Shown: in pieces, positions 7,816-17,891 of the stretch
How positions within the stretch are numbered: the first letter of the stretch is position 1
Layout: each line of letters begins with the position of its first letter
Assembly: GCA_050331735.1 (NCBI GenBank)
Contig: JBHJGN010000061.1
Coordinates: 1-53,555 of the forward strand
Direction of reading: 5' to 3'
DNA: 53,555 nucleotides
From: Cyanophyceae cyanobacterium
Lineage (GTDB): Bacteria > Cyanobacteriota > Cyanobacteriia > Cyanobacteriales > JBHJGN01
Translations under genes and position numbers: made by a program
The notes under the pieces: generated by a model
Seen by the model: the letters and a program-made list of their open reading frames with translations, nothing else
Database searches by the model: none
Told to the model about the DNA's origin: nothing

Positions 7816-9522
7816 ATGAGCAAAACTGACATTCTCAAGCTCGGAGATGATATCAACACCGATGATATTATTCCCGCCAAGCGAGGCACGAATGGTGCTT
7901 TAGAGCATTTAGCCTACTACGCCTTTGAACATCTGCTCGGTCCAGGAAAACTGCCAGAGTACGACGTTATTGAAGCTGGATACAATTTTGGCTGCGGTTC
8001 GAGTCGAGAGTATGCCCCCTTAGCCATTAAAGCCGCAGGGATTAGCAAGGTTCGCGCTCGATCCTTTGCGGACATTTTCTATCGCAACAGTATTAATATC
8101 GGATTACCGCTAGAGGTGATTGGAGAAGAAGTTAAGAATCCAGTTGTTGAGGCGATCGCCCGCTCAGGAGGACTGTTTGCCTTTAACCAGCGGCGGAGGC
8201 TCCATCAAATTCAGATTCCCAACAGCGACACTGAACCTCGCCCAATGACAATGGCGGAGAAGATTTTGGCTCGCGCTTCTGGTAATGCTTACGTACAGCC
8301 AGGAGAAGTGGTGTTTGCTCAGGTTGATTTGGCCATGTCCCACGATGCGATCGCCGGACCCGTTGCCGAGCTTTTTTACAGACACTTTGGAGACGATGCT
8401 AGAGTTTGGAATCCAAACCAGGTCGTGTTAGTGGCCGATCATTTTATTCAGGTTAATGATATTCGTCCTGACCGACGAGCGATTCAGATGCATCAACAGA
8501 TGGTGCAGTTTGCCCAGGAGCAAGGATGTCGCTTATTTGATGTGGTATCTCCTGGGGAAGCTGCCGGAATTTGTCACGTGCTGCTGCCGCAGCAAGGCTT
8601 GATTCGTCCCGGCATGGCGATCGCCGGAACCGATTCCCATAGCTGCACCTATGGAGCTTTTGGAGCCTTATCAATTGGGGTCGGCACCACAGACATGGCC
8701 AATATTTGGGCGACTGGTGAGATGTGGATGCGTGTGCCGCCCACGCTGCGGATCGATTTAGCAGGAACTCTTCCCCCCTACCTCAGCGCGAAAGACATGA
8801 TGCTGTTCCTGCTTGGTCAGATTGGCTGTCGCGGTGCAACGGGTAAAGTGATCGAATTTCGGGGCCAGATTGTAGAGCAGTTATCTATCGACGAACGGAT
8901 GACATTAGCAAACATGGCGGTGGAGTGTGGAGCTATCTGCGGATTGATGGCTCCCAACGAGGAAACCTGCCAATATGTTCGCCAGCGGTCTGCAACAGAT
9001 TTTGCTGAAATTTTCAGTGATGCGGATGCTCAGGGCGATTATCAATTCGATCTGAGCCACCTAGAACCGCAGATTGCCTGTCCTCCTAGTCCCGATCGAG
9101 TGGTCGGCATTAGTCAACTAGGAAACGTACCGATTACGCGGGCGTTTATCGGCTCCTGTACCGGAGGCAAGCTGTTCGATCTGGCTCAGGCTGCTGAGGC
9201 TTTAAGCGGTCGTCGAGTCGCTTCTGACGTTGATTTATTTGTTGTCCCTGCCTCTCAAGAAATTCATCAGCAGGCGCAATCGTTGGGCTACCTAGACATT
9301 TTTAAACAGGCCGGAGCCCAAGTGCTCAAGTCTGGCTGTGGAGCCTGTATCAATGCAGGACGGGGAGTGTTAGGCCAAGAGGAAGTGGGTCTCTACGCCA
9401 CCAACCGTAATTTTCGGGGCCGCAGTGGCGAGCCGACGGCACACCACTACCTAGCTTCTCCCCGGGTGGTGGCTATCTCTGCTATCCAGGGAAAGATTTC
9501 TGCTCAGCTCGAGCGCAGCTAA
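7816..9522 (+). CDS. hphCD: Fused LeuD-LeuC aconitase-family isomerase, probably HphCD-like (3-benzylmalate isomerase)
   Basis: N-terminal small-subunit motifs DDINTDDIIP and NFGCGSSRE; large-subunit MTMAEKIL, GICH, GTDSHSCTYGA; Fe-S Cys in IGSCTGG and GCGAC; TNRNFRGR. Confidence 0.75.
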   Translation: MSKTDILKLGDDINTDDIIPAKRGTNGALEHLAYYAFEHLLGPGKLPEYDVIEAGYNFGCGSSREYAPLAIKAAGISKVRARSFADIFYRNSINIGLPLEVIGEEVKNPVVEAIARSGGLFAFNQRRRLHQIQIPNSDTEPRPMTMAEKILARASGNAYVQPGEVVFAQVDLAMSHDAIAGPVAELFYRHFGDDARVWNPNQVVLVADHFIQVNDIRPDRRAIQMHQQMVQFAQEQGCRLFDVVSPGEAAGICHVLLPQQGLIRPGMAIAGTDSHSCTYGAFGALSIGVGTTDMANIWATGEMWMRVPPTLRIDLAGTLPPYLSAKDMMLFLLGQIGCRGATGKVIEFRGQIVEQLSIDERMTLANMAVECGAICGLMAPNEETCQYVRQRSATDFAEIFSDADAQGDYQFDLSHLEPQIACPPSPDRVVGISQLGNVPITRAFIGSCTGGKLFDLAQAAEALSGRRVASDVDLFVVPASQEIHQQAQSLGYLDIFKQAGAQVLKSGCGACINAGRGVLGQEEVGLYATNRNFRGRSGEPTAHHYLASPRVVAISAIQGKISAQLERS

Positions 9523-9750
9523 CTATTGACTGTAGCAGAATTTGTAACAAGAAACACAGTTTTTTACTCAAAAAGCATCAAAATTTACGTTGCTTGCTTT
9601 GAGCGAGCAAACGTGATCGCTCTGTAAACGTCTTGATTGGCCAATGCTAGCAGCATGAGCGGCAGTCCATGCAGGAAACGATGACAGTCTTTCCCTTTTC
9701 CCCGCTGTTTAAATCTGAAATACTGCTTACTGAAATGAGAGAATTTACTG

Positions 9751-10197
9751 ATGTCTGATTTTTTTCGATTTGAAGCCGACTTTGTTGACTCTTTGCGCTG
9801 CATTCCAATGGTCGTGCGGATGAAGCTCGATACCTGTGGCGTAAAGCTCAAATTACATCATTGGAACCAGTTAACTTCCGAGGAACGGCAAACTTTAGTA
9901 GCAATGCCCTGCACTACTTCAGCAGAAAGTGAGGGATATCGGGACTTCCTCCAGCACCTTGTTACCCAAAAAACTGGCGCTCCAGCGGGGGAATTAGCGG
10001 TTGATTCTCCGTGGATGGATGCATCAACGATTCCTGTCAATGTTCAAGAAAAAGCAGCCGAGTATGGAGCAGCCGTTTCTCTATCCCAGTGGGCAGCCCT
10101 CACGCCTCTCCAGCGTTTTGCGCTCATTAAACTGAGTCGCCCTAGCCATGAAAATGCCAATTTCCTCCCGGCTTTAAAAGAATTTCAGTTGGTCTAA
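9751..10197 (+). CDS. narM: Nitrate reductase-associated protein (NarM family)
   Basis: FFRFEADFVDSLRCIPMVVRMKLDTCGVKL and LQRFALIKLSRPSHEN signature. Confidence 0.85.
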   Translation: MSDFFRFEADFVDSLRCIPMVVRMKLDTCGVKLKLHHWNQLTSEERQTLVAMPCTTSAESEGYRDFLQHLVTQKTGAPAGELAVDSPWMDASTIPVNVQEKAAEYGAAVSLSQWAALTPLQRFALIKLSRPSHENANFLPALKEFQLV

Positions 10198-10218
10198 TCC
10201 TCTAAATGTGTTGAGTAA

Positions 10219-10247
10219 CAGAGTTGAAAACTCTGGTTGTTCTTTTG
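10219..10247 (+). terminator. Probable intrinsic terminator after narM
   Basis: CAGAGTT-GAA-AACTCTG followed by a T-rich tract. Confidence 0.5.
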
Positions 10248-10359
10248 CTGAGAAGAGCAAAGCTTAGCTAAAAATGCCAAAGAGAATCTCAGCCGTCAAG
10301 GAGTAGAAATGCTAGGATTGCGACAGAGAAAGAAAAGAGACAAAAGGAAAAGAAGCTGA

Positions 10360-12513
10360 ATGCAGGAATTTGAGAAGTCGATATCCTTCGACGGAAGGGA
10401 TATTCGACTCAAAATTGGTCTGCTCGCCCCACAAGCAGGCGGTTCCGTTTTAATTGAGTCGGGAGATACGGCGGTTTTAGTAACAGCGACTCGTGCGCCA
10501 GGAAGAGAAGGAACAGATTTTTTACCGCTGCTGGTTGACTACGAGGAAAGACTCTATGCCGCTGGTAAAATTCCTGGCGGTTTCTTAAGAAGAGAAGGTC
10601 GTCCTCCAGAAAAAGCTGTGCTCACCAGCCGCCTAATTGATCGCCCGCTGCGTCCGCTGTTTCCCCAGTGGATTCGAGACGATATTCAGATTATTGCTAC
10701 TACCTTGTCGATGGACGAACAGGTGCCACCGGATGTTTTAGCGGTAACGGGAGCTTCCGTAGCGGTTTTACTCGCTCAAATTCCCTTCTACGGACCGATG
10801 GCTGGCGTTCGAGTTGGTCTAGTCGGAGATGACTTCATCATCAACCCAACCTATGAAGAAGTGGAAAAGGGCGAACTAGATTTAGTGGTAGCAGGCAGCC
10901 CGGATGGGGTGGTGATGGTTGAAGCGGGAGCAAACCAGTTGCCGGAGAGAGACATTGTTGAAGCGATTGACTTTGGCTATGAAGCCGTCCAGGATTTGAT
11001 TCGCGCTCAGCGCGAAATCATGGAGGAATTAGGGCTGCAAATTCCGGAAGAACCAGCACCAGCAGTCGCTGAGAACCTGAAGCAGTTTATTCGTGATCGC
11101 GCCTCCGCAGACATCAAAAAAGTGCTGTCTCAGTACGACCTTGATAAGAATGCCCGCGATCAGGCTCTCGATCAGGTCAAAGAGACCGCCGTTAACAGCG
11201 CGATCGCCGAACTGAGCGAAGACGATTCGATTCGCGTTAGCGTTGCTGAAGATAGCAAAGCCGTGGGCAAGCTTTTCAAAGCCCTGACCAAAGAGCTGAT
11301 GCGCGCTCAGATTATCGACGAAGGAGTGCGGGTAGACGGTCGCAAACTCGATCAGGTCCGACCGATTGCCTGTAAAGTTGGACTGCTGCCCCAGCGCGTC
11401 CACGGTAGCGCCTTGTTTACCCGAGGGCTCACTCAGGTGATGTCCATTGCCACTTTAGGAACCCCAGGAGACGCTCAAGATTTGGGGGACGACCTCCATC
11501 CAGTAGACGAAAAACGTTATCTGCACCACTACAACTTTCCTCCCTTTTCCGTAGGTGAAACCAAACCCCTGCGTTCTCCTGGACGTCGGGAAATCGGCCA
11601 CGGTGCGCTGGCAGAACGAGCGATTATGCCAGTATTGCCTCCTCAAGAGCAGTTTTCCTACGTGCTGCGCGTTGTCTCCGAAGTCGTGTCTTCTAATGGC
11701 TCAACGTCGATGGGGTCTGTATGCGGCTCAACCTTAGCTCTCATGGATGCAGGGGTGCCAATTATCAAACCCGTTAGCGGTGCAGCGATGGGTCTGATTA
11801 AAGAAGGCGATGAAGTCCGAATTCTCACCGATATTCAAGGAATTGAAGATTTTTTGGGAGACATGGACTTTAAAGTAGCTGGCACCGATTCTGGCATCAC
11901 GGCACTCCAGATGGATATGAAAATTACGGGACTTTCCATCGACGTGATTGCTAAAGCCATTGAGCAAGCTAAACCAGCCCGTTTGCATATCTTAGAGAAG
12001 ATGCTGGGTACGATTAGCGAACCGCGTACGCGCCTCTCTCCCTTCGCTCCTAGATTACTGACCATCAAAATCGATCCAGAATTAATTGGTTTAGTGATTG
12101 GCCCTGGAGGTAAAACCATCAAGGGCATTACTGAAGAAACCGGAGCTAAAATCGATATTAATGATGATGGTACAGTCACAATTTCAGCCGTTGAAGGCGA
12201 AAAAGCAGAGAAAGCGAAGAAAATTGTCTACAATATGACCCGCAAGCTCAGCGAAGGGGATGTCTTTGTCGGTCACGTCACTCGGATTATTGACATCGGT
12301 GCTTTTGTGGAAATTTTGCCTGGGAAAGAAGGCATGGTACATATTTCTCAACTGGCAGAAGGACGAGTCAATAAGGTAGAAGATGAAGTGGCCGTTGGAG
12401 ACGAGATTGTGGTCAAAGTCCGCGGATTTGATAACCGGGGTCGCCTCAATCTAACCAGACTCGGCATTCATCCCGATGAAGCCGCCGCCGCTAGAGAAGA
12501 AGCGGTCGCCTAA
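10360..12513 (+). CDS. pnp: Polyribonucleotide nucleotidyltransferase (PNPase)
   Basis: Two RNase PH domains ([22 protein letters not shown]), KH (VIGPGGK) and S1 domains. Confidence 0.98.
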   Translation: MQEFEKSISFDGRDIRLKIGLLAPQAGGSVLIESGDTAVLVTATRAPGREGTDFLPLLVDYEERLYAAGKIPGGFLRREGRPPEKAVLTSRLIDRPLRPLFPQWIRDDIQIIATTLSMDEQVPPDVLAVTGASVAVLLAQIPFYGPMAGVRVGLVGDDFIINPTYEEVEKGELDLVVAGSPDGVVMVEAGANQLPERDIVEAIDFGYEAVQDLIRAQREIMEELGLQIPEEPAPAVAENLKQFIRDRASADIKKVLSQYDLDKNARDQALDQVKETAVNSAIAELSEDDSIRVSVAEDSKAVGKLFKALTKELMRAQIIDEGVRVDGRKLDQVRPIACKVGLLPQRVHGSALFTRGLTQVMSIATLGTPGDAQDLGDDLHPVDEKRYLHHYNFPPFSVGETKPLRSPGRREIGHGALAERAIMPVLPPQEQFSYVLRVVSEVVSSNGSTSMGSVCGSTLALMDAGVPIIKPVSGAAMGLIKEGDEVRILTDIQGIEDFLGDMDFKVAGTDSGITALQMDMKITGLSIDVIAKAIEQAKPARLHILEKMLGTISEPRTRLSPFAPRLLTIKIDPELIGLVIGPGGKTIKGITEETGAKIDINDDGTVTISAVEGEKAEKAKKIVYNMTRKLSEGDVFVGHVTRIIDIGAFVEILPGKEGMVHISQLAEGRVNKVEDEVAVGDEIVVKVRGFDNRGRLNLTRLGIHPDEAAAAREEAVA

Positions 12514-12548
12514 AGCGATCTCTGAAACAGGCTAAATTGTCTATAGAA

Positions 12549-12584
12549 GGGTTGAATGTAGATCGCGTTCAACCCCAAGTTTTT
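12549..12584 (+). terminator. Intrinsic terminator after pnp
   Basis: GGGTTGAA...TTCAACCC stem followed by AAGTTTTT. Confidence 0.7.
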
Positions 12585-12646
12585 ATATAATCAGACAAGC
12601 CGCTGTGCGGTTAGTCAGAAGTGAAAAGGTCGTCGGGAAGCACATC

Positions 12647-12681
12647 CTTTCCCTTTTCCCTTTCCCCTTTCCCCTTTTCCC
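12647..12681. repeat. Pyrimidine heptamer-like tandem repeat (TTTCCCC / TTTTCCC), STRR-like
   Basis: CCTTTCCCTTTTCCCTTTCCCCTTTCCCCTTTTCCC directly upstream of upp; same unit as the arms at 5.8-5.97 kb and 32.7-32.85 kb. Confidence 0.75.
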
Positions 12682-12687
12682 TTATTT

Positions 12688-13338
12688 ATGTCTTTGCAAC
12701 TGCGCGTTTATGTCCCCGACCATCCGCTGATTAAGCATTGGCTAGGAGTGGCCCGCGATCGCAACACCCCCAGCGCTCTATTTAAAAGCGCCATGACAGA
12801 GTTGGGGCGCTGGTTAACTTACGAAGCCAGTCGTCGCTGGCTACCAACCTTAGAAACAGCGGTAGAAACTCCGTTAGCCAACTGTCCGGCGACCTTTGTT
12901 AATCCTGAAGTACCGGTGGCGGTTGTGCCGATTCTGCGCGCCGGACTGGCTTTGCTCGATGGCGCTCAAACCTTACTGCCGCTGGCATCGATTTATCATT
13001 TAGGCATGGTACGAGACGAGGAAACTCTCGAAGCGAGCTGCTACCTCAACAAACTGCCGGAACAGTTTGACTCGCAGACACGAACGCTGATTCTCGATCC
13101 GATGCTGGCAACGGGAGGAACCATTTCTGGGGCTATGGAACAGCTTGTGAGTCGCGGTATCGATCCGGCGCTGACTAAGATTGTTTCTGTCGTCGCTGCA
13201 CCAACAGCTCTAAAAAAGTTAGGCGAACACTATCCGAGCCTCAACATTTATACCGCTATGATTGATGAAGAGCTCAACGAGCAGGGATACATTGTTCCGG
13301 GGTTAGGAGATGCCGGCGATCGCGCTTTTGGGACTTAG
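12688..13338 (+). CDS. upp: Uracil phosphoribosyltransferase
   Basis: HPLIKH, PILRAG, DPMLATGG, YIVPGLGDAGDR. Confidence 0.97.
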   Translation: MSLQLRVYVPDHPLIKHWLGVARDRNTPSALFKSAMTELGRWLTYEASRRWLPTLETAVETPLANCPATFVNPEVPVAVVPILRAGLALLDGAQTLLPLASIYHLGMVRDEETLEASCYLNKLPEQFDSQTRTLILDPMLATGGTISGAMEQLVSRGIDPALTKIVSVVAAPTALKKLGEHYPSLNIYTAMIDEELNEQGYIVPGLGDAGDRAFGT

Positions 13339-13400
13339 ACACCTCCCCTTAAATGTGCCATGTTTAGATCAGCAGTTAAACGGTTGAATGAGAAAAAACC

Positions 13401-13658
13401 ATGAGTCAGCGCGAAGGGTTTACCGGAGGATTTGTAGCCGGAGCGATTTTTGGCAGCGTTGTGGGCGGCATTATTGGCAGTCTGCTGACCGCCCGCCGTC
13501 GTCCAGCGGAGGAACAGGTTCTTGCGGGGACGGAAGCGACCGAAGAAAGTATTGAAGGAGCACGTCGCCGTTTAGAGGATAAGATTGCCCAACTCAATTT
13601 GGCGATTGATGATGTCCGTCAGCGGATGGAAGTGCCACAGGATGGCGAGAATAGTTAG
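13401..13658 (+). CDS. Small membrane-anchored protein (Gly-rich TM + coiled coil), typical of cyanobacterial upp neighbours
   Basis: GFVAGAIFGSVVGG TM segment; ARRRLEDKIAQLNLAIDDVR. Confidence 0.8.
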   Translation: MSQREGFTGGFVAGAIFGSVVGGIIGSLLTARRRPAEEQVLAGTEATEESIEGARRRLEDKIAQLNLAIDDVRQRMEVPQDGENS

Positions 13659-13732
13659 CCATGACTTAAGGCGAGGGGAAAGAAGCCAGGGACTTTGCTC
13701 GCTCTTGCTAGACTTGTCCCAAAATCGAGCAT

Positions 13733-13769
13733 GAGTTCTAGAGTCTTTAATTTCAACACTCTAGAACTC
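13733..13769. terminator. Perfect 12-bp inverted repeat between convergent genes (bidirectional terminator candidate)
   Basis: GAGTTCTAGAGT-13 nt-ACTCTAGAACTC. Confidence 0.6.
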
Positions 13770-13824
13770 GCCCTAAACCTTCCGCAAGGAGTAATAGCTA
13801 GATGCCTGAGCTGATGCTCGTCTT

Positions 13825-14364
13825 CTAGCTGATGCGCTCCAACTCTTGATCTGCACCGGCAGCTTGATAGGATCTTTCTAGAAGCATAATTCTCTTAGCC
13901 TGCTCGGATAAAGCCGTTGCATCGAGCCAGTTGGCAATTAAAGCATCTGTCGAAAAGAGTCCCGCACCGTTCACTGTAAAGAACAGAAAGCAAGCTGCAT
14001 AAATAGCCGACAGTTCCAGATAGGGAATATTAAACCCGGCCACAAGAATGTGGTGGTACATGGCAACGCACATTGTGAAGAATAGTCCCAGAGCCGCTGG
14101 CCGAGTTAGCAAACCAATGGCCAGTAAAGGAGCCCCAACGAGCTCTGTAAAAGCTGCTACGTAGCTAAAGAAAATCGGAAAAGGCAGCCCGATGACTTCG
14201 ACGTAGGCTTGAGCGAAGCTTTCAATGTTCGCAAGCTTATCTAGTCCGTTGTGAATCATCACAATACCGACAACGGTACGCAGGATAGCCCAGGCAGACT
14301 GAGACCAGAGGTTTGGGGAAATATTGGGCTTGAACAGATTGGTGAGAAGTAAAGATTTAGACAT
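13825..14364 (-). CDS. DoxX family membrane protein
   Basis: LRTVVGIVMIHNGLDKL, TELVGAPLLAIGLLTRPAA, GAGLFSTD. Confidence 0.88.
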   Translation of the reverse strand: MSKSLLLTNLFKPNISPNLWSQSAWAILRTVVGIVMIHNGLDKLANIESFAQAYVEVIGLPFPIFFSYVAAFTELVGAPLLAIGLLTRPAALGLFFTMCVAMYHHILVAGFNIPYLELSAIYAACFLFFTVNGAGLFSTDALIANWLDATALSEQAKRIMLLERSYQAAGADQELERIS

Positions 14365-14401
14365 AACAGAAGATGAGTGATTAATGACAATTTATGAACG
14401 C

Positions 14402-14419
14402 TTACATTAACAAATGTAA
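14402..14419. promoter_or_regulatory. Palindromic operator candidate upstream of doxX
   Basis: TTACATT-AACA-AATGTAA; contains the GTTACA half-site of RpaB HLR1 boxes. Confidence 0.35.
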
Positions 14420-14756
14420 CAAAGCCACAGAAATTTAACTCATCTTTAAGGTATATTTAATTATTTTTAGGGGCAGCAAACCGAGTAAAAATCCCGATGA
14501 ACAAGGATTGACTCATTTGAAGCGCCCAGTGGAATCTGGAGCTGTATTATTAAGTTTTGTCAGCTATTGCTGCTCGTCAACTAGTCTTTACCCTCACCCA
14601 AAGTGTTTATTGATACAGCTACTCCAGAATCTGCTCCGTATAAATCGGTCCATATCGGTGGAGTCCTCTCCCGGGGAGGAACTTCTCCGGCCACCTTGTC
14701 CTCTAAAAAAACGGGAGGTTATACAGGCTCTAGCGGTGAGCGCTTGACCTGATTCG

Positions 14757-15845
14757 CTAATGGTCATTTAAATCTGGAAAAACGGCCTGTACCGCTGGAT
14801 GAACGAGACGATGATTTTTAACGTTGAGACCTCCAGCTAAAGCAGCATCCTTTTCTAGGGCCTTTAAACCGGAGTTGGCAAGCTGGAGAACGTAGGGAAG
14901 AGTACTGTTGTTTAAAGCTTGTGTCGCTGTCCAGGGAACGGCTCCCGGCATGTTAGGAACGCCGAAGTGAACCACGTTTTCGTCTACGTAAGTAGGATGA
15001 GTGTGGGAGGTAGGGTGAAGGGTTTCGACACAGCCGCCCTGATCGACGGCAACATCGATAATGACAGAACCAGGACGCATTTTTTGGACTAAACGACGAG
15101 TCACTAAAACCGGAGCACGACGACCCGTGACGAGTACAGCCCCGATGAGTAAATCAGCTTCAGGAACGACCGCTTCCACCTGAGCCGAATTACTGTGGAG
15201 CAGCTCTACTCTTGAACCAAAAAGAGTTTCTAGATAAGATAAGCGCTCGACGTTAACATCAACAATCTGCACCTGCGCTCCCATGCCAACGGCAATGCGG
15301 GCGGCTTCGGTGCCAACGACGCCACCGCCGAGAATGACCACTTTGCCGGGGCGGACTCCTGGGAAACCGCCCAATAGCACTCCTCGTCCGCCCTGCTGCT
15401 TTTCTAAATATCTAGCACCAAACTGCACCGACAGACGACCTGCTATTACGCTCATGGGCAGCAGCAGCGGGAGCTTTCCGCCAGTCAGCTCGACAGTTTC
15501 GTAGGCGATCGCACTCACGCCAGAGTCCAGCAACTGTTCGGTTAAGCGGCGGTCGGCAGCGAGGTGGAGATAGGTAAACAGTAGCTGATCTTTTTGAATA
15601 CACGAATATTCCTCCGGCAGTGGTTCTTTGACCTTAACCACCAGCTCTCGGCTCCAGGCAGCGGCAGCGGTCACGATTTTGGCACCAGCAAGGCGATATT
15701 CTTCATCGGTAAAGCCAGCTCCTACTCCGGCCTGGGTTTCTACGAACACCGTGTGCTTGTTCTCACAAAGAACGCGTACGCTACTCGGGCTTAATCCGAC
15801 GCGAAATTCTTGATCTTTAACTTCTTTTGGTACGCCAATTTCCAT
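14757..15845 (-). CDS. ald: Alanine dehydrogenase
   Basis: MEIGVPKEVKDQEFRV, VKVKEP, FTYLHLA, GGGVVG, DVAVDQGG, VPNMPGAVP; start at 15845. Confidence 0.96.
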   Translation of the reverse strand: MEIGVPKEVKDQEFRVGLSPSSVRVLCENKHTVFVETQAGVGAGFTDEEYRLAGAKIVTAAAAWSRELVVKVKEPLPEEYSCIQKDQLLFTYLHLAADRRLTEQLLDSGVSAIAYETVELTGGKLPLLLPMSVIAGRLSVQFGARYLEKQQGGRGVLLGGFPGVRPGKVVILGGGVVGTEAARIAVGMGAQVQIVDVNVERLSYLETLFGSRVELLHSNSAQVEAVVPEADLLIGAVLVTGRRAPVLVTRRLVQKMRPGSVIIDVAVDQGGCVETLHPTSHTHPTYVDENVVHFGVPNMPGAVPWTATQALNNSTLPYVLQLANSGLKALEKDAALAGGLNVKNHRLVHPAVQAVFPDLNDH

Positions 15846-16063
15846 ATCCACCTCGCAAGTGTTTTCCCCTACATAATGTCTTAACACTCCTGTGGAAGTT
15901 GTGGCTTGCAACACCTAAACATTCACGCCGATAGACGTGCCTCTTGTCTAAGGGACTACCCTCTACGCGGAGCGCAGGCCAGAGGACTGAGTCGCGTTCG
16001 CTAACCGAGTGCTGCGTTTAGCAAGCTAAATCTTCGTTACAGTAAAGAAGAAATTGTCAGAAG

Positions 16064-17029
16064 TTGACTATGGAAACGCGATCGCTTGGATTATCGGATG
16101 TCAAAATTACCCCCGTTTTGATGGGAACCTGGCAGGCGGGAAAACGGATGTGGGTTGGGATTGATGACCAGGAAAGCATTGAGGCCATTCGCGCTGCGGT
16201 GGAAGCTGGCATTACCACCATAGATACTGCCGAAGTTTATGGAGAAGGACACTCAGAGCAAATCGTAGCTCAGGCGCTCTCCGATATTCGAGATCAGGTC
16301 ACCTACGCTTCCAAAGTCTTTGCCAATCATCTCCAGTACGACCAGGTCATTGAAGCCTGCGAGCGCTCGCTGAAAAATCTCAACACCGACCGCATCGACC
16401 TTTACCAAATCCACTGGCCCGCTGGCGCGTTTAATAGCGAACCAGTGCCCATCGAAGAAACCATGAGCGCTCTCAATCATCTCCAAGAGCAGGGCAAAAT
16501 TCGCGCCATTGGCGTATCTAACTTCTCCCGCGCTCAGCTCGAAGAAGCGTCTCGATATGGACGGGTCGATAGTCTCCAGCCGCCCTATTCCCTCTTCTGG
16601 CGGCAGGTGGAACAGGATGCCGCGCCCTACTGCATCGAAAACAAGATTTCTATTTTGGCCTACTCGTCGATGGCGCAGGGTTTACTGACGGGGAAATTCG
16701 GCCCTGACCATCAGTTTGAGCCGGGGGACCATCGCGCTAAGAATCGACTGTTTCAGGGGGAAAATTATCAACGCGCTCAGCAGGCTCTAGACCAGCTCCG
16801 ACCGCTCGCCGAACGCCATCACTGTACTCTGGCTCAGCTTTCCCTAGCCTGGTTAATTGCTCAGCCACAGACCAACGCGATCGCCGGAGCGAGAACCGCT
16901 GAACAAGCCTCGGCGAATGCGAAAGCCGCTCAGGTCCAGCTCAGCGAGGCCGAACTGCAAGACATCGACCAGATTGGCCGTCAGGTCACCGACCACCTCG
17001 ACGACAATCCCGTGATGTGGGACTGGTAG
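16064..17029 (+). CDS. Aldo/keto reductase
   Basis: GTWQAG, DTAEVYG, DLYQIHWP, IGVSNFS, AYSSMAQGLLTGK; alternative ATG at 16070. Confidence 0.92.
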   Translation: MTMETRSLGLSDVKITPVLMGTWQAGKRMWVGIDDQESIEAIRAAVEAGITTIDTAEVYGEGHSEQIVAQALSDIRDQVTYASKVFANHLQYDQVIEACERSLKNLNTDRIDLYQIHWPAGAFNSEPVPIEETMSALNHLQEQGKIRAIGVSNFSRAQLEEASRYGRVDSLQPPYSLFWRQVEQDAAPYCIENKISILAYSSMAQGLLTGKFGPDHQFEPGDHRAKNRLFQGENYQRAQQALDQLRPLAERHHCTLAQLSLAWLIAQPQTNAIAGARTAEQASANAKAAQVQLSEAELQDIDQIGRQVTDHLDDNPVMWDW

Positions 17030-17033
17030 CCAA

Positions 17034-17849
17034 GTGCCCAAGCAACGACTCGATACCCTGCTAGTAGAGCTGAACCTGTGTGCTTCTCGCCACCAGGCCC
17101 AGCGAGTGATTCGGGCTGGAGAAGTCCAGGTTAATCAGCAACGGGTGGATAAACCGGGAACCGCAGTAGAGCCAACCGCCGAGATCAAACTCCGGCAAAA
17201 ACCTGCCTACGTTTCCCGGGGCGGAGAAAAGTTGGCCAAGGCGCTCCAGACCTTTGACATTGAGGTGGCCGGGCGGATCTGCCTCGATGGGGGGATTTCG
17301 ACCGGAGGGTTCACCGACTGTTTGCTCCAGGCCGGTGCTAGCCGAGTATATGGAGTCGATGTGGGCTATGGGCAGGTGGCCTGGAGTTTGCGCCAGGATG
17401 AACGGGTAGTGTTAAAAGAACGCACTAACTTTCGCCACCTCACCGTCAGCGAACTGTATGGCGAGGAACCGACCGCCGATCTTGCTGTCATGGATTTATC
17501 GTTTATTTCGCTCACCAAGGTGCTGGCTCCTCTGTGGACACTGTTAGCATCGCCGCGAGAGGTCGTGCTGTTGGTGAAGCCTCAGTTTGAGGTAGGGCGA
17601 GCGCGGGTAGGTAAAAAAGGCGTTGTGCGCAGCCCGAAAGATCAAGCTGAGGCCGTTTGGGGGGTTGCTCAAGCGGCTAGAGAGTTAGGCTGGCAGTTTG
17701 CGGGGTTAACCTGGTCTCCCCTCGCTGGACCAGCGGGTAATGTGGAGTACTTACTCTGGCTTAATGAGCAGGGTCAGGCGGTATTTCCGAGCTTGGCCGT
17801 TCTGGAAGCGGTTGCCGACACAGCGATCGCCACTGTCGGCAAAAACTAG
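17034..17849 (+). CDS. tlyA: TlyA family rRNA 2'-O-methyltransferase
   Basis: S4 domain KQRLD, YVSRGGEKL, DGGISTGGFTD, LVKPQFE, GNVEYL. Confidence 0.93.
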   Translation: MPKQRLDTLLVELNLCASRHQAQRVIRAGEVQVNQQRVDKPGTAVEPTAEIKLRQKPAYVSRGGEKLAKALQTFDIEVAGRICLDGGISTGGFTDCLLQAGASRVYGVDVGYGQVAWSLRQDERVVLKERTNFRHLTVSELYGEEPTADLAVMDLSFISLTKVLAPLWTLLASPREVVLLVKPQFEVGRARVGKKGVVRSPKDQAEAVWGVAQAARELGWQFAGLTWSPLAGPAGNVEYLLWLNEQGQAVFPSLAVLEAVADTAIATVGKN

Positions 17850-17891
17850 TGCTCAACGGCTCATCAGCAGTAAGGCTTTCTCAAATGTGCT

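Noticed and set aside
9544..9557. NtcA-like site GTA-ACAAGAAA-CAC upstream of narM
   Set aside because: Mismatch in the TAC half and no -10 at the canonical 22-nt spacing; too weak to call.
13805..13817. Partial match (about 11/13) to the predicted TnpB guide TCAGTTGATGCTC
   Set aside because: Too short, mismatched in the seed and without a plausible TAM; expected by chance.
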